NCBI RefSeq assembly: GCF_003704095.1
Contig: NW_020845812.1
Location: forward strand, 744,001-808,000
Reading direction: 5' to 3'
Length of the DNA: 64,000 bases
Origin: Pocillopora damicornis
Lineage: Eukaryota
Shown: in pieces, positions 1 through 10,900 of the stretch
Layout: each line of letters opens with the position of its first letter
Numbering within the stretch: position 1 is the stretch's first letter
Program-made: the position numbers and the translations under genes
Notes under the pieces: model-generated
Databases searched by the model: none
Told to the model about the DNA's origin: nothing
What the model saw: the letters and a program-made list of their open reading frames with translations, nothing else

Positions 1-1426
1 GGACGAAGACTAACTTTACACCAATACGACGATCGCATGGCTTTGCGGCTTTCATTGTTGGTCATGGCTCTCGACTTACCCATTAGATGTTTAACTCTTC
101 TGTAGACCGTCAGTCCAACTCGATGACCACAAGATGATGCCAGCTTATACCCTAGCTTCACCAAACTAACGTGCAGGTTTCTGAAGATTTCGTGAAGAGT
201 GCGAAAGTCTCTAACTTGCCATAGGACCTCTCCATTCATTTGGGGACAAGAGAGTGGATCAGAGCCTTCGATCAAGGGTAAACAAAGACGAAGCAAGGCA
301 GGATTGGTCAGGAATTCTGTGAGCTTTAAAGACAGCTCTCGATCGACCTGCTGCATTTCTTGGACGGAACACATCTCGATTATTGGCGTCAGGGAGAAAA
401 GTTTCTCATAAATGAGAACAAGGCTGTAGTTTTGGAAAGTTATTTAATTATGCGCACATAATAGTCACAAAAAAAACCAATGAGAAGGCAGTTTCGGACA
501 CTTAGGCCTTACAATTTACGCAATTGTAAACTGTAGCTTTTTTATGCTCTTTTTTTTGCATAATTGTCAAGCACTATTTACGCGGTATTTGTTACTTTCG
601 ATGTTTTATTCATAATTTTACCTTAAAAAACCTGTCGTTAATTCCTTTTTGTAAAGTTTTTGTGACCGTTTCTTTTAGCACCTCTTGATCAACTTCAGCA
701 CTAATCACCGCGGATCATGTGCCACATTGTTAGAGGAGGCGGAGCTGGAGAAAATTAACATACCCGCGGGAGTTTTGGAGAAGGGTCCCACCGGAGCCCG
801 TGGAAGACAAATTTAGCAGAGAAGCCGAGGCAATAAGTGACATTTCCAGAAAATCACGATTTGGTATGACTTCCATTCTATGCAATCTCCGAAAATTTAT
901 TTATAAGGTTTTCCTAACAATCAAGTTAAAATAACCGTATGGTAAAACAGCAAAAGAGTTTTTCCCTTTCACAAAATTACGTCCATAAGTAAGCAAAGGG
1001 CTTTTTCCCATGCAGGCAAACGTGTAAAAAAGCGGGTTTTAATACCCGTTTTGATATGTCTTTTAGACGTCCTAAAGCAACAGTAAAGGTATAGGAGGCT
1101 TCTATAATCTCTCCTCTTCAAAATCAATATGTTAAAAGTGGTTTATTAAAAGTTTTTCTTTTTTTAGTGAAAATCAGAAAAACATGCACCCCTCTTGTGA
1201 TTTTCAGGCCATTTTCTCTATTGCGTGGCGCGCGTTTCGCCAATTCAGTTTCAAATTTACTGCTGGTCAGTCTTAAAAAGTCCCGGATATGTCGCGGCAT
1301 TCTGCACGATAGGGGGTTTGATATTAAAAGGACCAATCTCTTTACTGCTCGCCAATAAATCAATCTTACTTACAGGCGAACTTAATTTAGAAAATTTCCG
1401 TAGATTAGCACATTACTACCGCAGTG
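1..1426 (-). mobile_element. Probable end of a CAC-terminated DNA transposon (CMC/Transib-like) with a decayed coding region running off the window
   Basis: The minus strand from 1426 begins CACTGCGGTAGTAATGTGC; CAC termini are typical of CACTA/Chapaev/Transib elements. A minus-strand frame is open from ATG 374 to the window edge (124 codons, MCSVQEMQQVDRELSLKLTEFL...YRRVKHLMGKSRAMTNNESRKAMRSSYWCKVSLR). It is missing from the ORF track because it has no stop in the window. The other end is not visible. Confidence 0.4.
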
Positions 1427-1726
1427 GTGGACCACTTCTGACCACAAGGTTCGCGTTTTCTCCGTCCAAGTTGAAGTAAGTATTCTTCAGTGGCACGTTC
1501 AAGTTTGTGCCTTTGTCTTCAATGTCACTTGTTTTCGTAAGTGTTCTTTTCAATTTCTGTTTGGGTTTTCGGTGCTATTTTGTTCATTCATTGAGAAATT
1601 GGTTTCAATCTTTGTTCTTCTAGCCGAATGAGAATCAGTACCGTATTCGCACGTGTATAGGCTGCACTTTTTTCCAAATAAATTTTGTGCAAAATGAGGG
1701 TGCGGCCTATACACGGTATAACTTAA

Positions 1727-3521
1727 AAGCCCATGACTGTAAATATCGAGAATCGCTGGCCAGGCTAAAAAAATCGAAAATTCTGATAATTTGCCTGGAA
1801 AACCCTTTTAGGGAGATGTATTCAAAAAAAATATTTCGAAGTTTGAAAAATCAAATGTTTCCGAGAAAATGGGGAAAAACAAAAATTTGGGTTTCTAACT
1901 AATTAATTATGCAAAAAATACAGTAAAATTGACCAACTTTAGTGTGCGAGTACTGAAGGAGGATGTTTGGTAAGAAATCGGGGGTGTTTTTACTTCAAAG
2001 TATAATTAATTTGATTTTTATTTGTGGCATTTTAAGGAGCTTTGGTTTAATTTTAAAATTCACATGATTTTTTAACAAAGTGCTGTCAAACGGTTGTTGC
2101 AAAAAGCGAAAAATCGAGCAACTTCAAGCCTTCAAAACGCGTCTTGGCATGTGAGAAATCTTACCAAACTACATGCTGGCACAAAGTTTGGTCCTTATAT
2201 GAAAATAATATAGTTTGCAACGCACTGTGGCCAAGGTCAAGAATTTGGATGATGCAAATCAATTGTAGAAATCGTACTTGAGAGCTACGAAGTAAACAAG
2301 TTAGTTAAAGATGGTTAAAAACTCTTTGATATGGAAATGATTTGAAATAAAAGAATAAAAATCTGCAGACATTGCAGAAGAGGGCTGTAAATTGATGTGT
2401 AGATACGAAATTTTCTGTTAATTTGAATTGCAGAGATTGTTATTGTCGACTCGCTATTTCAACAGCACTACCTACACCTAACTATAGATAAGGGCCGCTT
2501 TATAGTTCACCATTTTTGTTGACAAGTGGTTTATTATCGATATCGTTCTTAGTTGAATAGTTATGTTTTCTGCAACTGCGATAATATTTCTTTTGAAATA
2601 TCTTGGATATCTTGGAAAAAGTTATGTGAGTAAACAAAGTCACGCAACACCGCAAGCTTCTGCTGTGAAGTTTTTCACCTCAAGATAACAGCCCAACTAT
2701 TTTTTATGCTATTTACTCTTATCTTTTTCGGAAAAATGGCCAAATTTCTGTCATAAAACTTGATAAAAAGGACTTATGTCACGGTAGCAATTCTACCGTG
2801 TTGCAGTCCGTGCAATCACGGTCTTTTTCTTAAAGGTAAACACGTGCGAGGTTTTTCATAGAGCATAGACAGAAAACGATGTCATTCTGTAGCTTTGCTT
2901 CTCTTCTTGGAGGGGCTTATGGTGCAGGTTCTGAAAATCCAAACATGGCTGACTTTGTCAAATTGAAAGACTGTACTAGAGATCAAGTGTTTCCATGTCC
3001 AAAAGAGGGCTGCACGCACAGTTTCCAACGGCACTCTTCTCTAGAAAAGCATCTCGCGTTCGGAACATGCACAAAAACGGTTGAAAGGGAGACACTTCTT
3101 GGTAAAGCGAAGGTTAAATATGCTGCAAGGCTCGAGGAAGGTTCAAGTTCCGTGCCNNNNNNNNNNNNNNNNNNNNNNNNNNNNNNNNNNNNNNNNNNNN
3201 NNNNNNNNNNNNNNNNNNNNNNNNNNNNNNNNNNNNNNNNNNNNNNNNNNNNNNNNAAAACACCCCCGATTTCTTACCAAACATCCTCCTTCAGTACTCG
3301 CACACTAAAGCTGGTCAATTTTACTGTATTTTTTGCATAATTAATAAGGTAAAAACTCGAATTTTCGTTTTTCCCCATTTCCTCGGACACATTTGATTTT
3401 TCAAACTTTAAAATAATTTTTTTGAATGTATCTCCCAAAAAAGGGTTTTCCAGGCAAATTATCAGAATTTTCGATTTTTTTAGCCTGGCCAGCGATTCTC
3501 GATATTTACAGTCACGGCCTC
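1727..3521 (+). mobile_element. Long-TIR, TTAA-target DNA transposon (Kolobok-like), internally deleted
   Basis: Inverted repeats of about 265 bp (1727-1991 vs 3257-3521; the right copy is cut by the N gap), flanked by TTAA (1723-1726) and TTAT (3522-3525), with RR...YY termini. The internal ORF from 2879 has a C2H2-like motif, CPKEGCTHSFQRHSSLEKHL. Confidence 0.7.
2879..3156 (+). pseudogene. Transposon-encoded protein remnant with a C2H2 zinc finger
   Basis: MSFCSFASLLGG... joined to FPCPKEGCTHSFQRHSSLEKHLAFGTC; lies between the long TIRs and is interrupted by the N gap at 3157. Confidence 0.55.
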
Positions 3522-5794
3522 TTATCTTCATCCCAGTTTCCCTCTTTCATCAAGAGGCAAGGCCGCTAAGCTATGTTTGCTCTTGTCCCCGATCACGAAC
3601 GCAACTTCACGCGATCATTACTGAGGAAATAAAACAAAATGTTAGTGTACTTGGAATACAAATCTAGCAAAAACTACCCAAGTATCTTTCTTTTACCTTT
3701 TTTTGACTTAAAGACCATTTTGAAGATATGACTAGCCATTTTTGTTTGCATTTGCAATGTTTGTTCGATCGATGTCATGCCATGCTAGATTATTCATCGC
3801 GATGAATTTTATGATATAAACAAATATATCTTGGCGATGTGCGGCACTCGCCAGGTCTTTTGCCCTTTCGAGAAAACGTGAAATTATTTTTTTTCAAGAA
3901 AATATGGTCAAAAGTCGGGGTGCGGCTTACTCACGTGCGAATACGTTAACTTGATTATAAAATAATAATAAATTTAAAATCCTTTTTTACAAACTTCATC
4001 CATATTTATGTCATGAAGGCAATAAACCGCACTTTTTATCAGCATAATAAACCACTCTTTGAGTGTTCTTCCAACATACCGCGTGGTTTATTTCGTCAGT
4101 AAACTGATAGAAATGCAGTTTATTTCTGAATAATATAACTTAGACAAAACGTGCGCTCTGATTGGTAAAAATCTATGGTGCCACGCGGAACGAATTCCCA
4201 GATTTAAATTTATTGAAGGCCTTTGCTTTAGAAGGAACGCAGAGGGCGCTTTGAACGCCGCCGAAAAAAAACGATAAATATTTTATTTTTCTAACATTTC
4301 TCAAATGTTGCTCTCAAAATGCATTTTAATGTGCCATCGAAGAATATTTCAATTTGGACGGTGAAAACGCTAACTCTGTGGTCAGAATTGTTCTTCAACT
4401 GCGATAGCTATCCTATAAACAATCCGAGAAGCTCTAAGGACATACAAAAACAATCATTCCGTACCAGAGAACAGCCAGATGCAGACTTCTCATAATCAAA
4501 TCAATAGCAGCAGTCAGCGACATAAAGACTGCTGTCCCCCTAACCAGTTCCATACGATTTTAAGAACTATTTAATTTATATTAGAGTTGACTCAGTGTAT
4601 TTGAATTTTCAGCATTTGAATTGCTGACTCGGTGCGCTCGACCACCATGTTTGTGTATGGTGTGTTTCATTGAGATTAGTCGATTAAAACCTAAGGTCTA
4701 TCAGAGGTAAACGCCATCTTCATATCGCAATTCTGTATTTATAATGAAGTATAGGGTTACAGGGAAATCTTGCCCACTCCTTTCCAGGACGAAGAAGTTA
4801 CTGATCCCGTACATATCGCGGTTCATTTTTGAGCTAGAACTCAATTTTTTAGAGGATAATTTTACGCTTATATTGGAGATACTGATGGAAAAATACATGC
4901 AATTGTAATGAAACATGTATTTAATCTTACGAGCTGAGCGCGTTTCCGCCAGAAGTAAAAATGAATCTGAGACACGCCCACAAAAGACTTATTTTCGCGT
5001 TTCACTGTCATACTCTTATCTAAACTCACCAGATGACCAGTGAGAGCTCGCGCACTATCTCATTTATTTTATAAATACGGCCATATCGTAAGTGATATTA
5101 TTGTAAGTAATGCATTCTATTACATTGTACTGTCAAGTACTATAAAATTTATTAGTTTTATTATAAAAAAAGAAAATTAAAAAAATTTCGGCCATACATA
5201 TTACTTCATCTCAAGGATGAATTATAGATTTCATAAGAGCTTCTTCCTACATTGCTGGCAGCGCCCGTTTCTTGGCGTTTTTATAGACCTCGACTTCATC
5301 TGAGTCTGTGAAACGCGTAAGAAGAAGCCAGTCAATTTCCAGGCATCTCCATCGAACGCTTGAGCAACAATGCATATATCTTTTGACCTATTTGCCGACA
5401 ACAACAGCACTGCCTATGAATGACAATTTACACAAAAGATTCATTGCCTCCAAAAATGCACCGCCTCCTCATTACCGTGAATGAGTGATATGTCTAATAG
5501 CAAGGGATTTTTATTCGATAGAGATCACGTTTTTCTATGACTGGCAAAAGGAACTTCTTCTTAACTCTTATTAATTTTAGACACAAAATTGCAGCCTATA
5601 CATTGACTTTCAATGCAGCCAAAGTATATAATAGTAGTTGTTTCGTGGGTAAAGTGAAGGCAGGTGTTAGTGAAAAATATGCAGTAAAGATACGAGAACA
5701 TATGGCGCATTTAATTAACAGTAAAGAATAGCCCAGTCATCATTCATCTAATTAACGTATGGGATCTTTATGATGTTTTCCGACATACCTTGCT

Positions 5795-5878
5795 GGTTAC
5801 ATTTTCAAATTCATCCTTGATAGAGAATTGTTAGGTTACATTTTCAAATTCATCCTTGATAGAGAATTGCTAGGTCAC
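5795..5878. repeat. 39-bp tandem duplication
   Basis: GGTTACATTTTCAAATTCATCCTTGATAGAGAATTG(T/C)TA starts at 5795 and again at 5834. Confidence 0.9.
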
Positions 5879-7982
5879 AGGATACGTCAGTGCGGACATT
5901 TCGTGATATTTACTGAGCTCGTGGTTCAAAGTTTTAGAACAGTCGTCTTATTTCCTAAATTCTTAAAATGCTCAAGAGCTCAGTAGGTTTGAATAATTAA
6001 TACTAGGTCACATAGCCAGAAATGAAAAAACCAAACAGATAATTGTGCCCTGGGAGGCTTAATTTAAATATAAATTTGTGCTATCTATTCAAAGATAGAC
6101 ACCTGTCTAATCATCATGGATGAGGTATATGGTAATTTTTTCGCCTATCATTCTATAAGCGGAAAGATGCTTTGCCAAACGTTTTGAGAGCATTGCTCTG
6201 GCTAGAGTCATTTCATCTTCGAGATAAGGTAAGGAAATTATAGAATATATAAGTTAGGCGATTAGTGCTGCTTAACATGCGCTAAAGAGATAAAATAATG
6301 ACATTGAGGCAGCTCGGGAATTCAGATTAGGAGGGCCCCGGTAATTGAAACAATGTATGTACGACATGCCAAAAAATGTGAAAAGCATTTCGCGGCACGC
6401 TTGTTAAGTTCTGGAAGGTGTTCAACAATATTTCGTGGTCGGAGTAAAGATTAAAAGCAAATTACCAACAGCTAAATTTAAAGAGCAGAACCCAGACTGT
6501 TCGAGAAATTTGAAAGTAGTAATTACGCCCTTACCGTATAACTCGAAGAGAAATTAGGAAAAGAAAGGATCGGGTGTCTATCACGTCTCAAAGAATTGAA
6601 TGTCATTTAGACGCATCGGGATAGAGTTTTTAGCTCAATGATTTTCCTCTGGCTCTGTTTGAAATAAAAGGGTAATTTAGTGTTAACAACTGCGTTGAAA
6701 ACGTAGATTCTGTAATCACCTATTTTTATTTCAAATAGTTGTGTTATAACATTCAAAGTTTCTTGGGTAACCACTCTTTCTTAAACCAGGTGCAGCTAAT
6801 TCTTTTTCGCTTTTTTCACAAGGAGCATTTGAATTAAACGATAATAGACGAATTTCAATGCTGGGTATTTTACTTATAATACACCACGCTCTTACAATTA
6901 CACAATAAAAGAGAAAGCTTGAAGGTTAACGCCATTTTCTTTATGAGAACGATATATTTATCCACTTCAGACTTTAAGCGTAATGATGGCTTCCTGTGTT
7001 GATTCATTATTTAAATTTGTATAAATATTCACCCCGAAGTTCATTTAAATTCATGCTGGGAGCCGGAAAGCAGCCTGTAGCTTTCACAAACTCAATCATA
7101 TAACTATATTAATGTAAGTCCCTTGAAGCAAAAGTGTTGTAAAACCTTCATAAGCCATGTAGAGTTTAATCATAAGAGGAAAAAACACTTTTGAAAAGAA
7201 CTATGACAGCATCAACAATGAAGCTGTAAAAGATCAAATTAACCTCACGTTACTGACAAGCGAAACATTGATAATTGGAAAAACAGAACAAATGATACCC
7301 TCTGGATCAATACCATTCTATTGTTTATAGTCAATTATTCACGAAGTATATACCAAAGTGTCATTGTTCCTTCAGTTCGAATGAATGAGGCGTCATGGTA
7401 AAAAAAAAGAAAAACTGATTATGCGTTGCGTGCATGTTATACTGCAAGTGAGTAGAGTATTTTGGGTGGGCAACTGAATTGTCTGCATGTTAGCCAATGA
7501 AGCTGGTCCAAGAGTAAATAAGGGCTCAAAGTACGAAGAAGTGACACCAGCTGTAAAGCACCGATTAATCGCATGTTTTTTTCGAAAAAACAAAATTCCG
7601 AAAAATCTCTTTTATACACCGTATATGGTTTAAGGAACGTTTTCTTTCCTTGAAAGAAACTTCACGAATACTTGACGAAGCATTAGATTGTATTTTGATT
7701 CTAAAAAAAATCTTAAAAACAAAATTTAAAAACATTTAATGTTAAAAAAATTTGAATGATCAAAATTCTGCAAAGTGTACTGAAATTTGAATTTTAGATC
7801 CTTGTGCGAAAAGGTGCAGGAGTAGTTTTCAATAACCGTTTTCCACCGGTCCACCGTCGCACCTTTACGTTTGTTTATTAACCTACCCGTAAGTAACATG
7901 AAAAGTCCGAAAATAAAAAGAAATAAAACGTCAATAATTCCTTAGGTATAAACAGATTTCTTTTAAAACATAGATCCAAAAG

Positions 7983-10900
7983 ATGCGTAGAGTAAAAATA
8001 GTACAACAAGCAACAGACCTCCTGGATTTTCGACGGTACAAGAAAACAGGAAGGAATGAGAAGGGAAAAGGTAATAACCTCACTTTTGTTAAAAATACAT
8101 CTAAAGGCCTTAAACTATCGAAGTGAATTAGCTTGACTGAAGACTTAAAGCAGTTAGTCTTTGTCAGACTCGGTAAAATTTGATAAGAAGAACAGGAAGA
8201 AAAAAGGGGAACGAGAAACTGCCTCTAAAGTTGCAGGATCTAAAACTGCTCATGTTTCCGTGGAAACCTCTGAAATTCAGCTGATCTAATAATTAAGGGC
8301 CTCAGAAACAGGGAAGAATCATTTAAACTTTGTTTTTACCTTGAAAACAGTATTGAAATTTAAGCTCAGAGTAGTATCTTGGTGATCATATTACAATAAC
8401 ATTATTTCCACCCAATCATTACTTAGCACTAAGAGTATCTGATGTGTTTAAGGTGATTGCGCGGAAGGAGTTGAGCTGAAGAAGTCGTGGAAACAAAATG
8501 TTTCTGAAGGTTTGTTTCACTTTGCATATGCTTTGCACATTCCGGTCAGGTATTCTTTGCCATGCGTATTCTACTGCTATTTTTATCGGACCTCTCCGTT
8601 TTGTCCTGCCATATTCGAGGATAAGGTAAACTGCGAAATTGGTTTTTGCAGTCGTTGATGATTGGGAATGCAGCTGTTACTTTATTTTTGTTGCTATAAT
8701 TGTCGCAGCCACTGTCGCATCTTTGCTCAGAATATTTTCTCAGTGCCTTTACTGAATTTATTTCTGGCATTGTTATTATTGGTTTAGCTGATGACTTGGC
8801 AGAATCACGAGTTAAAGTGTTTTTCAAGGGCATAAGATGTGAACTTAGTGACCTTAACCAGAGAAGTCACATCCCTCTTCTTAATCTTTCATAACTTCAG
8901 AATGAATTAACTAAGAGACATGTAATCCTAAAGTTAAGTTTTCTTCCTCGAAGGTCGTTGACAAATCGAGCAAAATTTATTTACCATTGGAGAAAAAAGC
9001 GCTAATTTTATAGCTGCACTTTTTTAGTTGGTGACTTAGCAAGATCACGGGTTCAAGAGTGATCGTAATATCTTATATTTTATATTTTATGATAGTTTAG
9101 TTCAGTGGCTGTTAACAGAGAAGTACTCCTCTCCTCTGAATCTTTCACCACTTCAGAATAAATAGATTTACAAGACGCGCCAAATTTTCTTCCTCGTCAA
9201 TATGGTAGGCAAATTGAACAAAGTTTATTTCCATAGGAGAAAAAGCGCTGAAGAAATTAGCAGCGGATAAAGTTGGCAACCGCAGCGGTCAATGGACTGT
9301 CGACGAAATTAAAAGCATGGTTACTGTTAAAAATTTATGTTCTTGCAGTGATCCTATATCGACGGCTTTTAAGGTAGAGTAATTTTGCTCCTACGTAAAT
9401 TTGATTATGATTAAACAATAGTTTCACTTTGACAGGTTTCTACTTATGTTCCCCTGGGACGACGATATGGCAATGACCAATATAAACATCAAATTTGGCT
9501 TTTACCTGAGTCATGCAGAGAAAATTTCTGCGAGGGAACCGGGTAACTTTCATTTCAAAATACGTTTTGGGCTCTTCCTATAAAAAACAAGTGACCACTC
9601 CAATACACTTTGAACTAAAACCTCAATAAACAGTCTCCTTCTTTTGAATTTCTTGTTCATCTTTTCTCCTGAAAATATATGTTTTTATTATCCCTTTTTT
9701 GTGACAAGATCATGCTGAACTCAAAGTAATTACATTTTAATTATATAACAACGCAGAACGCCCAAAGCAGAGTCTTTTTCTGTAAACTGTAAAAACAGGG
9801 TGCTTTGAAAATAGTGAGAAAGTTTTTAATACTTTATTCTCATGTTTATTTGATTGATTATAAATTTCTTGGTCTTCAGGTTAACAGTAACTTGCGGGTT
9901 TTGGCAAAATCGTACATAGAGAATACCGAGACCCTAAACAATCTTGCAGACCAGACAGAGGATTTTGCTGTGCAGCTCATCGATCAGGTTAATGGCAGTG
10001 AGCAGCTTGCATTGCAAGACGTACCGGGAAACGTTAATCGCTGTGCCTCGATGCTCAGCGGCATGACGGATAAGGCAATTGAATATTCTCAAAAGAAAGT
10101 ACGTATCTTTTTGAAAAACAACACAAATATAGCTCGACAGAGGTGTCACTTTTCTTAAAGATGTTGCATTAAGAGTCCAATTGTGATTACCTACAGAAAA
10201 CTGAAACTATGGTGAAATACAATCTTGAACAGCACTTTCTCATACCAGACCGGAGTAATATTGGTAATGCATACTGATTTGGAACTTTGCTAGCTTTCAT
10301 CAGCATGGCTATTTAGTACATAGCTCATATTATACAAGTTTTCTTATTGATTTCGTTTATCATCTTTTTTTTTTTTTTTTTTTTCAATTCTGACTCTTTT
10401 TACCAATAACAGATTTGAATTATTTTCTAGTTTGTTGCACATCCTTTATTGTACAAGAGACTACAAATGAGATGGAATCTTGGAATACCTAAGGTTTTAA
10501 AGCCTCGTGAAAAGTTTCGACCTTTTCTGTACCTGCTGATACTGATAGACACGATCCTCACTCCATTTCTGCTTCCGATTATTGGATATGCTTTTTACCA
10601 TGACCAAAAAGAGGTGCAAAATCTTTTAATATAGTTTGTTATGCTTGTTATTTGAGCTATATCGTTTGCTGTCTTTGACGACCGACTTTTGATCTTTCAT
10701 GAAAACTTTTGTATTCTTATCATTTTGCAGAGGCGTGTGAGGTCACAAGAACAAAGAGGAAAATCGCGTACGGGTGTGAAAAGATCACGATGGAGTATCA
10801 TAGGTATGTCAGAATACTAGAAAAATTTAAAAAAAAGTTTTTTTTTAAAATAATAAGAGTAAAAAAGCTGGTTGGTCGTTCGGTTTCCTAACTTACCCTC

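Larger units (their letters stand above)
1641..3946. mobile_element. Tc1/mariner/pogo-type MITE (TA target) split by a nested insertion
   Basis: The left end TA|CCGTATTCGCACGTGTATAGGCTGCAC (1639-1667) and the right end GTGCGGCTTACTCACGTGCGAATACGT|TA (3920-3948) are imperfect inverted repeats with TA on both flanks. Confidence 0.75.

Noticed and set aside
1687-3667. Near-identical ORF pair 1687-1902(+) and 3274-3531(-) as duplicated genes
   Set aside because: They are translations of the two terminal inverted repeats of one transposon.
8550-8625. Extra TRP exon (CAG|GTATTC...AAG|GTAAA)
   Set aside because: It needs a 40-nt intron. The direct 8509->9237 join is phase-correct and gives a clean reading frame.
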